48,349 bases of DNA from the NCBI GenBank assembly GCA_964368085.1, contig CAYJBG010000004.1, positions 1 to 48,349 of the forward strand, in the 5' to 3' direction. Source of the DNA: an uncultured Acidiferrobacterales bacterium. GTDB lineage: Bacteria; Pseudomonadota; Gammaproteobacteria; Acidiferrobacterales; UBA6901. Shown here piece by piece: positions 17,661-28,148 of the stretch; position 1 is the stretch's first letter, and each line of letters opens with the position of its first letter. Both the position numbers and the translations under genes were made by a program. The notes beneath the pieces are model-generated. The model saw only the letters and a list, made by a program, of their open reading frames with translations. It made no database searches and had not been told where the DNA came from.

Positions 17661-20600
17661 TCAGCGCGTGGCAATCAACGCATTTCGCAATGCGTCGGTC
17701 TGGGGCGAAGGTGCGATATTGAGTGAGTCTTGCAGGCGCTTGCGGCAACGCTCATAGGCCGCAAGTCCCTCGGTGCGCTGGCCGAGCGCTTGGCAGCAAT
17801 GCAAAATGCGCTGGTAAAGGACTTCCGTCAGATCGTCCTGATCCAGTCCACGGCGATACCAGCGGAGCGCCGCCTCGAAATCGCGCTGTGCTTCCAGTTC
17901 CCGGCCGTGCGCCAGGATGGCGTCGAGATACTTGCGGTGCAGGCGCTCGCGGAAAACCACAGCCCAGGACTCACCGGATTCGCCGTTGAGAAACGGCCCG
18001 GTGTAAAGCTGCGTGGCACGCTCGATCGAAGGCGGCGCCGCACCGTCCGGCGACGGCACGCCATCGGCCAGTAACGACTCGAACGCCCAGCTGTCCACCC
18101 AGCACATACGCGGGTCGAGGCGAAGCCGGCCATCCGCGGTCAGCACACTGTCCTCGCCGGTCAGCTTGCGCAACCGATGCAGCGCCATGGCGTAGCTCTT
18201 GTAGGCTTGGGTCCCGGTCATTTCCGGACCGAGCGCTTCGACCACCTGCTCGACCGGCAGGCCGCGTTCACCGCTGGCCACGAGAAGTTTGAGCAGGTCG
18301 AGCGGCTTGCGCTGGGCCTTGCCGGAGGATGGCAGGGGCCGGTCGCGGACGGTTACGGCAAAACGGCCGAGAGTGTGAATCCGCACTTCCCACGGCCAGC
18401 GTTCCAAGTGCCGCACGGACGCGACGGCTTCGAGGCGGCGCGTACGGATGAGATGTTGTACGTACTCCACTTCAATGCCGTTTTCGATAGCGATGGAAAA
18501 AAGACGCCGCATGATTTCCGGCGTCCACAACGGACGATTGACGTAGCCGTGCAGTTTGGCCATGTGCAACGTCTTGCGCAGCAAATTAATCGCGAGGCGG
18601 GTTTTGCCGCGATCCAGCGCGAACAACACGAGTGTGAACAACGACCCGAATTCGACATTCTTGCTGCGCAGGCGCCGCCCGAGGTGCCGTGCCTGCGCCA
18701 GACAGGCCAGCGCCTCGCGCCGTTCGCCCTGGTCGAACAAGGCTTGTGCCAGCCCCAACCGGTAAAGTGCCTGGCCAAACGGGACACCGGCAGCATCGCT
18801 GAGCGCGGCCGCCTGGCGCGCGTTGGCGACCGCATGCAGGGTGTCTTTGCGGAAGAAGGCGTCTAAAAAAACAAGATAGTAATAGTGTGCGCGATCCAGT
18901 TGACGTGCGCCTTGAATCGATTCCGCGCTGCCTTTGAGCAGACGCCCGGCCATGGCGAAATCGCCGGCAGTCAGGCTGCCGATCACGCCCTGCGACAGCA
19001 ACAGGCCATTCAGCATCTGCACGCCGCTGCGGTTGGCCACCTCCAGCCCTCTGTTCACCGCGTGCAGGCATTCATCATGTGCCGCCATGAACCAGTGATA
19101 ACCGGCCTCCATGGCGCACCAGGCGATGTAAGCGAGCGGTGAAGCGTCGGCAAGGCTTTCGGGTGGACGCACGGCTTCGAGGATCTGGCGTGCCTTGCCA
19201 AGATCGCCGATCCAGGCGGTGTAATAAAGCAGCAGTTGATTGCCGAGCACCATGCGCGCGCGTATCCGGATGGTGAAGAACGACTGTCTGTACCTGCTCC
19301 GCCCACATCGGAAGTTGCGGGTTTTGCGGTTGGCGATACATCAACGCCATGAACATGCCACAGGCAACCTGTGCGGCGATCTCGGGTGACGGAAACCCGG
19401 GTGAATCGGCACGCTGCAACTCGATCTCGGCGATCCATCGATCCACCGGATGAAAGTCGCCCCACTCGTAAACGAAGCTGTCGATGATTCGGCACCAGGC
19501 CAGCAACATACCGGCCCGGTCGTTGGCCTGGCTCTTGAACCGTTCGTAGGCGGATTCGAAATAGCCACGCGCCTGAACCGGATTGAAGGCGAGGCGACAG
19601 GTACCAAGCCAGTACAACAGCCAGCCATCGCTGTGCAATACGGTCTCTGGCAATGCGCGCAGCCAGGATTCCAGAGTTTGGAATCGCGCTTGCGCCGTAA
19701 GCGCCGGGGCATGTTTTAGGACATGCGCTTCCAATGCTGGCCAGTCCGATGCGGCGCGCCACAGCTCCGCCGCCGGCTCACTGTCGTCCGCCGCTTCGAG
19801 CAGCGCCGCCGCCTGGGTGCGCAACGCATTGAGTTGCGCAGGCGCGAAGGTATCAAGTGCGCGCTGCAGCAGAAACTCGTGGAATAAGGGATGGAACCGA
19901 TAAACCTCGCCCTGCCCTTGTTTGGTAACGAAATAATTTCGCCGGTACAGGTCGGCAAGAATTTTCCCGACGCCGGGCTCGCCGGTGATCTGCTGCGCGA
20001 TTGCCGTATTGGCTTCCGGCAGCAGGGCGGTTTGGCACAAAACCGATTGGGTCGTGGCGTCGAGCTTGTGAAAGATTTCGGTGGCGAAGTAATCGAACAA
20101 CACCTGATGCCCGGAGGCTTCAGCGAGCGCGGGTGCTTCGAGTTCGGGCCGCTCCAACAGCAACACCAGCCCCGCCGTCCAGCCACCGGTGCGTTCGTGC
20201 AGACGTTTCAGTTCGTGCGGGTCGAGCTTGCTCCGGTTGCGCAGCGTGACCACGGCGCGCGCCTCGTCGAGAGTGAGTTTTAATTCCGCGCCTTCCAGCA
20301 AGGCCAGTGCTTCGTTGGCGCGCAGCCGCGCGAACGCCGGCGGCGGTTCGGCGCGGCTGATGATGATAAGAGACATGCCCCCGGGCAACACGGCCGCCGC
20401 CTCGGCGACCACGGCATGGAAAGCGGATTCGGCGGGAACCTCCTGATAATTATCCAGCACCAGCACCGCCGGGGCCTTTAACCGTGCATAGAGCGCCTCG
20501 AAATAGCGGCGTGCGAACAAGACGAGGCCGGGGCGCTGTTCAGGCGTGAAGACCGGCAACGGCGTTCGATACCGCGAGGCGGCGTGGCGCGCGGCAATAC

Positions 20601-21036
20601 CTATATAGTGGAAGAACGTGGCAGGGTCGTCATCGCCCGCGTCCACTTGATACCAGATGCCATGAAGACGGCGGGCATCGAGATAACTGCTGACCATGGT
20701 GGTTTTGCCGGCGCCGGGCGCTCCGGTGACCCAGACCACCGGTTTTGCGCGCGAACGATCCAGATATTTGTAGAGGCGCGTGCGCGCCAGGGCGTGCGAG
20801 ACCTGGGGACGGGAAAGCTTGGCCGGAACGGGACCCGTAGCTGTTACGGGCGGGGTCAGGGGTAAACGTGGTGTGGATTCGCCTTTCCGGCGTGCCGGAC
20901 TCCCGCCTTTCGCGACGGCGGATTGGCGGCTGAGTCGGGCTTTTACCTTTTTGACAGGCACGGCCTTGCGGGAACGGCGTTTATTCTTCCTGTAGCCTGT
21001 TCTGCGCACGGTGACTCTTCCTCCCTTCACCAGCAT
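17661..21036 (-). pseudogene. MalT/AfsR-like STAND ATPase-TPR-SARP(HTH+BTAD) regulator, split by one frameshift near 19254-19262
   Basis: ORF 19075-21036: P-x-KLSRP, Walker A GAPGAGKTT, Walker B LVLDNYQ, RTGGWTAGL, YRFHPLF. ORF 17661-19253: TPR-like region, then IHTLGRF, LHRLRK, WVD, LYTGPFL and a BTAD tail. The frames join at a GC dinucleotide run. Confidence 0.85.
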
Positions 21037-21117
21037 AGCAGGACGCTTGGGAGATTCGGGAACGAGTCACCTTTGTCATTTTGATGACGATCGGCAGGTT
21101 TCATAAGGAAATCGTGA

Positions 21118-21570
21118 TCAGGGTCGTGGTTCCCAGCCATGCCGCTCTCCTTGGGCCGATTGGCACCAGGTGTAGAGCGCGTCGTACAGGACCATGCCAT
21201 GGCGCAGCATTTCGTGATCGTCGCTGATGTTGCGCGACAATCCCAGCGAAATGGCCAGCAGGCCGGGCGATTGCGGTGCGAGGTCAAGCCGATCCGTGTC
21301 GGCGCCACGAACGATCACGGCCAACTGTTGTAATGCCGGTTCGGTGAGATTGTATTTTTTCAAAAAGGCATCGAAGCTGCACAGCTCGCCCACGTGGCTC
21401 ATCTCAACGCCCGGAATGTCGTACGGAATGGCGCCGGTTTCCATGGCGACTTTCAGCACCTGATTGGTCGGCACGTAGAGGAACTCAGGGTCTTTATCGA
21501 TGAACCGGGCAATCAGCCACGGGCAGGCGATGCGGTCTATTTTCGGGCGTTCGCGGGTGATCCATTTCAT
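21118..21570 (-). CDS. Chromate resistance protein, ChrB C-terminal domain only (ChrF-like)
   Basis: MKWITRERPKIDRIACPWLIARFID, CSFDAFL, IVRGADT. Confidence 0.88.
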   Translation of the reverse strand: MKWITRERPKIDRIACPWLIARFIDKDPEFLYVPTNQVLKVAMETGAIPYDIPGVEMSHVGELCSFDAFLKKYNLTEPALQQLAVIVRGADTDRLDLAPQSPGLLAISLGLSRNISDDHEMLRHGMVLYDALYTWCQSAQGERHGWEPRP

Positions 21571-21592
21571 GGTGGGATTGATTCCAGTTTAT

Positions 21593-21657
21593 GTCGCCCT
21601 GAAGGGCGACCTACATAAATTTGGTAAATCTTGCTGTAGGTCGCCCTTCAGGGCGAC
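21593..21657. repeat. REP pair left of RAYT
   Basis: GTCGCCCTGAAGGGCGAC-CTAC (21593-21614) and GTAG-GTCGCCCTTCAGGGCGAC (21636-21657). Confidence 0.9.
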
Positions 21658-22109
21658 AACGACAACCAAATGCTGTCCCAATGCGGGTAATCGCCCAAGC
21701 GCTCAACAATACCGGCGCGCAATGGATTCGCCACGACATAACGGGCAATCTCAATTCTGTCCTCCTCGCTGCGCAGAGCATGATCGTGGAAACTTCTTTG
21801 CCAGAAAGGGCCCGTGCGACCAGAATGGGCGTTGATAGCTCGGGCACTTCGACCTTTCAGCTTGTTCATGGCCTCACCAAGAGAACCCGCCCCGCCCAAC
21901 GAAAGTAGCGCATGAAAGTGGTCTGGCATAATCACCCAGGCGAGCCAGGTTGCGACACCTTCATTCTCCAATCGTTGCATCTCTATCGCCAGCAGCCGCG
22001 CGGAATAAAAATCCTTGAACCACGGGATACGCCGGTGTGTAACCGCAGTAACAAGGTATTCGCGCCCTGGCTCCGAATAGCGTCCTTTGCGTAGATTGCT
22101 GTAGGGCAT
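21648..22109 (-). mobile_element. REP-associated tyrosine transposase (RAYT/TnpA-REP, Y1 HUH)
   Basis: LRKGRYS-x-PG-x2-YLVT, VIMPDHFHAL (HUH), FWQRSFHDHALR, YVVANP (catalytic Tyr); flanked by four identical REPs. Confidence 0.93.
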
Positions 22110-22125
22110 CCTTGCCTCGCTTGTT

Positions 22126-22191
22126 GTCGCCCTGAAGGGCGACCTACATAAATCTGGATAAATCTGGTTGTAGGTCGCCCTTCAGGGCGAC
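22126..22191. repeat. REP pair right of RAYT
   Basis: Same 22-mers at 22126-22147 and 22170-22191. Confidence 0.9.
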
Positions 22192-22228
22192 GGTTTACTT
22201 CTCGAACAGGCGCGCGGCATTCGCCCTC

Positions 22229-23407
22229 TTAACGAATAAGCCACTCAATGAGACCCGCGGCGGCGCCGGCGAACATGGGCGGCAACGGGCCGATGTGCCA
22301 GACGAGCAATGCGGTCACCGTGGCGACCACGATCAGCGCGGTGAAGACATCCGTCACCGCCGCGGGCAGCATTCCGCTCAGCGCGACAACCAGCACGCCG
22401 ATGACCGCCGGCATGACGCCTTTGAGCGCGGCGCGCATCCATTGCTTTTGCGTGATGCGCGACAGCCAGGGCAGGAGCCCAAGCATGAGCAGAAACGAAG
22501 GCAGGAAGATCGCCGCCGTCGCGGCCAGCGCGCCCGCCATACCGGCGAGCTTATAGCCCACGAAGGCCGCCACCATCAGGATCGGACCCGGCGTCAATTG
22601 TCCGAGCGCAAGGCCATCGAGGAATTCGCGCGCGCTTAGCCAGTGCATTTGATTCACCACTTGCTCCTGCATGAATGCCAACACGCTCAGGCCGCCACCG
22701 AAACTGAATACGCCGACGCCGAAGAAAAACAATGCAATGTCGCCGATGCCGGCGGCGGCGTTTTGATCCAGGGCCAATGCGGCGGGTTCGACCGCACCGC
22801 CCGACAGCCGCAACGCAGCATAGAGCGCGATGAGTATAGCCGCTGACGCCAATCCCGCGCGACGCCGGTGGTAGATCGCCACGCCGAGGCAACCTGCCAG
22901 CAACATCGTTGCCACGACGCCAAACGGCGACAATGCCACCAGCGAGGCGGCGCCCACGGCCAGCAAGGCCTGCCTGCGGTCTCCAACGGCGGTGCGGCCC
23001 AGGCGATACACCGCGACGATAAAAATGGCCACGACCACGGGCGCGAGCCCATAAAATACATCTCGCATGAAGGGCAAGGCGCCGTATTCGGTGTAAACCA
23101 GCGTCAGGAGGAGCATGATGAAGAATGCCGGCAGCACGAAGCACAGACCGGCCAGCAGTCCGCCCCACCAACCGGCGCGCGCATGACCGATAAAAATGAC
23201 CAGCTGCGTGGCGGTCGCGCCCGGCAGGAGCATGACAATCGCCAGGCCCTCGAGAAGCCGTTCCTTCGAGAGCCAGCCGCGCTTTTCCTGGAACTCTGCT
23301 TGCATGAGGCCCGTGACCGCCGCGCTCCCGCCGTAACTCATGGCGCCGATTTTAAGAAATCCGCTGACCACTTCACGCCAATGCATACTCAATGCTTCGT
23401 AATTCAT
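22229..23407 (-). CDS. chrA: Chromate transporter (long-chain CHR), second copy
   Basis: FLKIGAMSYGG, LLPGATATQL, FSFGGGL, GQLTPGPIL. Confidence 0.88.
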   Translation of the reverse strand: MNYEALSMHWREVVSGFLKIGAMSYGGSAAVTGLMQAEFQEKRGWLSKERLLEGLAIVMLLPGATATQLVIFIGHARAGWWGGLLAGLCFVLPAFFIMLLLTLVYTEYGALPFMRDVFYGLAPVVVAIFIVAVYRLGRTAVGDRRQALLAVGAASLVALSPFGVVATMLLAGCLGVAIYHRRRAGLASAAILIALYAALRLSGGAVEPAALALDQNAAAGIGDIALFFFGVGVFSFGGGLSVLAFMQEQVVNQMHWLSAREFLDGLALGQLTPGPILMVAAFVGYKLAGMAGALAATAAIFLPSFLLMLGLLPWLSRITQKQWMRAALKGVMPAVIGVLVVALSGMLPAAVTDVFTALIVVATVTALLVWHIGPLPPMFAGAAAGLIEWLIR

Positions 23408-23435
23408 GGCCCGTCTCCTTGCGGGTGAGAAAGAC

Positions 23436-24830
23436 TCAAATGCCGATCACCGGCCGCGCGAATGTATAAACCAGACCGGCCAGGCCGCAGGCGCCGATGA
23501 CGGAAATAATTCCAATCTTGAAGCGCCAGAGCGCAACAAAGGCGGCGATACCGATCAGCATCGATATCCATTCGAATCCGGTGAAGAACGTCGATAGGCT
23601 GAACGGTTGCACGAGCCCCAGCGGCCAGAGCACATGGTAGGCAAAGAATACGGCGAGGTTCAGGATCACACCGACGACAGCAGCGGTGATGCCCGTGAGC
23701 GGCGCGGTGAATGCGATATCATGGCGCGTACGTTCCACCGCGGGCGCGCCGACCAGGATAAACAGGAACGACGGCAGGAAGGTGAAAATGGTCGCCACGA
23801 TGGCGCCGGCGATGCCGGCCAGAGCCAGCTGGTCCGGACCGAATACTTCTTTGGTCCAGCCGCCGATGAAGCCGACGAACGCCACCACCATGATGAGCGG
23901 ACCCGGGGTCGTCTCGCCGAGCGCCAGGCCGTCGATCATCTGCAGACCGGTCAGCCACTGGTATTGCTCCACGCCGCCTTGATACACATAAGGCAACACC
24001 GCGTAGGCGCCGCCGAAGGTCAACAGCGCCGCCTTGGTGAAGAACCAGCCCATTTGCGTCAGCGTGCCCTGCCAGCCGTAGACCGAATACAGAAAGCCTT
24101 CGATGCCGGCCCAGATCGCCAAACCGATCACGCTGAAGCTAATAACACGTACCCACCTGAAGCGCGTGTGCCCGGCGGGTGGCGTGTTGTCATCGATCAG
24201 CGCCGCACCATAGCTTTTATTTCCGTCGCCGTGATGCCCGCCGGACTTGAATTTGTCCGGCGCGAGACGGCCACCGATGATGCCGATAATACCGGCGCCG
24301 AGCACGATGTACGGGAACGGAATAGCGAGCGCGAAAATCGCCACAAACGCGGCCGCTGCAATGGCCCAGAGCACGCCGTTCGTGAGCGCGCGCGAGCCAA
24401 TGCGGTAAGCGGCAAATACCACGATCGCCGTCACCGCCGGCTTGATGCCGTAGAGAATACCCGCCACCACCGGCAGGTTGCCGAAGGCGATATAGATCCA
24501 GGTGAGCGCGATCAGAATGAACAGCGACGGCAATACGAACAAGGTGCCGGCGATAATGCCGCCTATTGTTCCGTGCATCAGCCAACCGATATAAGTGGCG
24601 AGTTGCTGTGCCTCGGGCCCCGGCAACACCATGGTGTAGTTGAGTGCATGCAGGAAACGATGCTCGGAAATCCAGCGCCGCCGCTCGACCAGTTCCTGGT
24701 GCATCATGCTGATCTGGCCGGCCGGTCCGCCGAAGCTGATGAAGCCGAGCTTCAGCCAGTAAGGGATTGCCTCACCCAAAGAAACAGGGTTGGGCGGCCG
24801 GCTGGTATCTATGCTCGATGGTGAGGACAT
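23436..24830 (-). CDS. chrA: Chromate efflux transporter ChrA
   Basis: LGFISFGGPAGQI, LPGPEAQQLA, LTFGGAYAVL, GETTPGPLIM. Confidence 0.93.
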   Translation of the reverse strand: MSSPSSIDTSRPPNPVSLGEAIPYWLKLGFISFGGPAGQISMMHQELVERRRWISEHRFLHALNYTMVLPGPEAQQLATYIGWLMHGTIGGIIAGTLFVLPSLFILIALTWIYIAFGNLPVVAGILYGIKPAVTAIVVFAAYRIGSRALTNGVLWAIAAAAFVAIFALAIPFPYIVLGAGIIGIIGGRLAPDKFKSGGHHGDGNKSYGAALIDDNTPPAGHTRFRWVRVISFSVIGLAIWAGIEGFLYSVYGWQGTLTQMGWFFTKAALLTFGGAYAVLPYVYQGGVEQYQWLTGLQMIDGLALGETTPGPLIMVVAFVGFIGGWTKEVFGPDQLALAGIAGAIVATIFTFLPSFLFILVGAPAVERTRHDIAFTAPLTGITAAVVGVILNLAVFFAYHVLWPLGLVQPFSLSTFFTGFEWISMLIGIAAFVALWRFKIGIISVIGACGLAGLVYTFARPVIGI

Positions 24831-24845
24831 GGGGTCTCCGAGGTT

Positions 24846-25796
24846 TTACTGACTTTGATAGGCGCTATAGAGGTGGTCGAATAGTCGTGAGGCTTCGTTC
24901 AGCAACTTGTTGTCATCAGGAATCGAATCGCGCGCACCTTTGAGCAAGGTTTCGAGCCCGGCCGATTCGGCAACCGGTACGCCGCCGACATCGAGATAAT
25001 GCACAAGCTGGCCAAGGCGTTCCAGAACCTTGTCGTCTTCCAGCGCAAAACTCGCCAGCAACACTTCGAACGTCACACGCGCGCCGACATGGGTAAAGGC
25101 GGCGCCATCGAAATCGAAACCGAGCGCACGGCGCGGGCAGGTCTTGACGTCCTTGAGCCAGACAATGCGCGCCTTCGGGTCGATGAAACGTTTGATGAGC
25201 CAGGCACTCGCCAACCGGTCCACCCACGGACGCGCGCGCGTCGCCCAGATGCGGCCACGGTAATCCCTGCGACTCAGCCGGGGAATGCAACCAACCAGCA
25301 TCCGCGGCTCACCCGGGGCGGTAAGCGCCATCTCCATTTCTGCAAGTAATTCCCCGGCCTGCGCGGACGCCGGCCCGGGAAAATAGTCGGTCGCGTAAAT
25401 CGACTCAAATTCACGCCGCAGCTGCTTCATGGTTCGTGCGGCGACCGCGAACCGCCGCGGGCTGAGGCCGGATTTGAGCTTGCGCGCATTCTGCATAATG
25501 CGCGCATAATCGTCGGCACGGTCGAACAGCGCGCGAAACTGGCGGTCCTGATCCGCCTCCGGGGCATCGACGCGCAGAACCTGTGCCGTACCGCCGGAGC
25601 GTTCCACCTCGATCGCCTGTTGCGTCAAGGCCGCTTGCGCAGACTGACTGTCCGGCAGCAGGTACACGCCGTCGCGCAGCACCGCCGCGCCCAGCCCCTT
25701 GAGCGCACGCCACACGCGCATGCGCGGCGTGGCGCGGTTGCTGGGCAGGCTGATCACCAGCAGCCGCCAGCCGGTGGGGGCAATGGGCATGGTCAT
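24846..25796 (-). CDS. chrB: Chromate-responsive regulator ChrB
   Basis: RMRVWRALK-x-LG-x3-LRDGVYLLP, W-x-TR-x-RPWVDRLASAWLIKRFID, GFDFDGA-x-FTH. Confidence 0.9.
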   Translation of the reverse strand: MTMPIAPTGWRLLVISLPSNRATPRMRVWRALKGLGAAVLRDGVYLLPDSQSAQAALTQQAIEVERSGGTAQVLRVDAPEADQDRQFRALFDRADDYARIMQNARKLKSGLSPRRFAVAARTMKQLRREFESIYATDYFPGPASAQAGELLAEMEMALTAPGEPRMLVGCIPRLSRRDYRGRIWATRARPWVDRLASAWLIKRFIDPKARIVWLKDVKTCPRRALGFDFDGAAFTHVGARVTFEVLLASFALEDDKVLERLGQLVHYLDVGGVPVAESAGLETLLKGARDSIPDDNKLLNEASRLFDHLYSAYQSQ

Positions 25797-25831
25797 GTAG
25801 AATACTCTACACAGATGTAGTGTCTATTACA
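25796..25831. promoter_or_regulatory. Tandem palindromes, probable ChrB operator
   Basis: TGTAG-AATACT-CTACA (25796-25811) and TGTAG-TGTCTA-TTACA (25816-25831), directly at the chrB start. Confidence 0.6.
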
Positions 25832-25853
25832 ATACACTAACAACGCCGGATAA

Positions 25854-25955
25854 ACCCGCGGGAACAAGGGCTTGAACAATAACCTCGGGTTCGTGGTCGG
25901 CGACGCCGGCGCGCTGGTGATCAATACCGGCCCGGGCCTGCGCGTAGCGCGCCTC
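25854..25955 (+). pseudogene. Remnant of an MBL-fold metallo-hydrolase gene
   Basis: Isolated frame TRGNKGLNNNLGFVVGDAGALVINTGPG matches the N-x-G-F-x4-G-x-LVIDTG strand of MBL-fold proteins; no HxHxDH motif follows. Confidence 0.55.
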
Positions 25956-25958
25956 GCC

Positions 25959-26765
25959 TCAGGGCGTGCGGACCGGGCTCTTGGCGGGCTTCGGGGGGGT
26001 GCTTTCCGCCTCGTCATCGACGAAGACGGGCTTGGGCGGGTTGCCGTCGTAAATCAGACTGCGGCGGCGCTGGCGATAGGCCTCGCGGAAAAAGACGTAC
26101 CTGTCGTCTCCCGCGGCCTGCTCGATGACCTTGTCGACCGGCAGCAAACGCGCACGGGTGTCGACGACATCGACCCCCCACAGACCCCACGAGGTATACG
26201 GATCTTGTATGTGGTTTACGGGATTCGAGAACCAGTCGAGACCGAAACCGAAAGTGTCGCGCAAAAAACGCGGGCCGATAATCGGCCAGACGAAGTACGG
26301 CCCGTCGCCCGCGCCCCAGACGGCGAAGGTCTGGCCCCAATCCTCTTCTTTCGGTTCGAGGCCAATAACTTTGGCGACATCGACGAACCCGAGGATACCG
26401 ACCGTGGAGTTCACCAGAAAGCGTCCCGTGTCGCGCCCCGACTGCGCAAACTTGCCCTGTAACAAATCGTTCAGAGCGACGCGCGGCTGGATCAGGTTGC
26501 TGAAGAAATTTCCCACACCCTGCTTCACCACATCGGGCAAGAGCCGGTCATAACCCCTGGCCACCGGCTTGAGCAGCCACTGGTCGAACTTCTCGTTGAA
26601 AGTGAACATCGCCCGGTTGAACGGTTCGAGCGGATCCCAGGTCTCTTCGTCCAACGCTGCCGGTGCCGCCTTCGATTCCGGCGTGCCACCGGGCGTCGTG
26701 CAGGCACTGGTGGCGAACGCCAGCAGCACGACAAGCAGAACGAGCGCGGGGCGCGAAACAGACAT
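25959..26765 (-). CDS. mlaA: VacJ/MlaA lipoprotein
   Basis: Lipobox TSAC, DPLEPFNRAMF, RFLVNSTVGILG, EDWGQT, AYRQRR. Confidence 0.93.
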   Translation of the reverse strand: MSVSRPALVLLVVLLAFATSACTTPGGTPESKAAPAALDEETWDPLEPFNRAMFTFNEKFDQWLLKPVARGYDRLLPDVVKQGVGNFFSNLIQPRVALNDLLQGKFAQSGRDTGRFLVNSTVGILGFVDVAKVIGLEPKEEDWGQTFAVWGAGDGPYFVWPIIGPRFLRDTFGFGLDWFSNPVNHIQDPYTSWGLWGVDVVDTRARLLPVDKVIEQAAGDDRYVFFREAYRQRRRSLIYDGNPPKPVFVDDEAESTPPKPAKSPVRTP

Positions 26766-26817
26766 GCGACGTAGTCTTAATAGACTGGATTGTTGTGAGG
26801 TTGGGTTGCCCGGGAAC

Positions 26818-27897
26818 TCAGGCTGTTCCCGTGCCGAGCACCCTGCTCTTGAGTTGCGCAGCGAAATCCAGCATGCGCTGGGTGGCGCGTAACGCCTTGA
26901 CGCGAACCGCTTCCGGAACGTGAATCTCGTTCGCGCCGGTTTCGAGCACGCGCGCGAGGTCCGGCAGGTCGTTCATCGCCATCCACGGGCAGTGCCCGCA
27001 ACTGCGGCAACTGGCGCCGGTGCCGCCGGTCGGCGCCTCGATTAACTCCTTGCCCGGTGCCGCTTGCTGCATTTTATAGAAAATGCCGTTGTCGGTACCG
27101 ACAATCAGTTGCCGGTTCGGCAGATCGCGCGCGGCGGCTATCAGCTGGCTGGTGGAGCCGACCACATCGGCCATGGCGATCACCTCGGCCGGCGATTCGG
27201 GATGCACCAAGATCGCGGCCTGCGGATACTTCTGCTTCAACTCGCGCATGGCGCTGGCCTTGAATTCCTCGTGCACCACGCAGCGGCCGTCCCAGATGAG
27301 CATGTCGGCGCCGGTCTGGCGCTGAATATAGTGGCCGAGGTGTTTGTCCGGCGCCCACAGGATTTTCCTGCCCTGTTCGTGCAGATGCTGGACGAGCTTG
27401 ACCGCGATGCTCGACGTCACCACCCAGTCCGCGCGTGCCTTCACCGCCGCACTGGTGTTGGAATACACCACCACCTCGCGCTCCGGGTGGGCGTCGCAAA
27501 ACGGGATGAACCTGTCGGCCGGGCAATCGAGATCGAGCGAGCACTCGGCCTCGAGGGTCGGCATGAGCACGCGCTTCTCCGGATTGAGAATCTTGGCGGT
27601 CTCGCCCATGAAGCGCACCCCGGCGACCACCAGTGTTTTTGCCGGGTGTTCATGGCCGAAGCGCGCCATGTCGAGCGAGTCGGAGACATGACCGCCGGTC
27701 TCCTCGGCGAGGCGCTGCAGGTCCTCGTGCACGTAATAATGCGCGATGATGACCGCCTCTTTCTCGATCAGCAGGCGTTTAATCTTGTCGATCAGAAGCT
27801 CCCGCTCCGCCGGCGATGGATGCGGCAGCTGCCGCATCACCTCGGCGGTGACCGGCGCATCGCGCAGGGCGACTGGATAGTTGAGGACCAAAGCCAT
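26818..27897 (-). CDS. nadA: Quinolinate synthase A
   Basis: [21 protein letters not shown]-x-VH, HPES, CPWMAMN; RBS AGGAG before MALVL. Confidence 0.95.
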   Translation of the reverse strand: MALVLNYPVALRDAPVTAEVMRQLPHPSPAERELLIDKIKRLLIEKEAVIIAHYYVHEDLQRLAEETGGHVSDSLDMARFGHEHPAKTLVVAGVRFMGETAKILNPEKRVLMPTLEAECSLDLDCPADRFIPFCDAHPEREVVVYSNTSAAVKARADWVVTSSIAVKLVQHLHEQGRKILWAPDKHLGHYIQRQTGADMLIWDGRCVVHEEFKASAMRELKQKYPQAAILVHPESPAEVIAMADVVGSTSQLIAAARDLPNRQLIVGTDNGIFYKMQQAAPGKELIEAPTGGTGASCRSCGHCPWMAMNDLPDLARVLETGANEIHVPEAVRVKALRATQRMLDFAAQLKSRVLGTGTA

Positions 27898-28148
27898 GGT
27901 TACTCCTGAGCGCGGACGGAAACCGGCTGTTTTCATGCAAGCGTGCCATCCTTAGGATCATTCTGCGCTATTTCCGGAATAACTGCCAAGAACCGCCCCG
28001 CACAGCCCCCGCAAAGATCGCCATTCTTGATGAAAGCAGGCCTGCACAAAAATAGCCATTTCACCCGGGACTGACCTTATAATTTTCAAAGCCCCGACCC
28101 GCGGCTCGGACATATGGTCCGGCCACCACCCAAGCACGCAGGAGAGAC

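Noticed and set aside
28030-28148. SAM/SAH riboswitch upstream of mtnC
   Set aside because: Small hairpins are present but I could not match the conserved cores of known classes.
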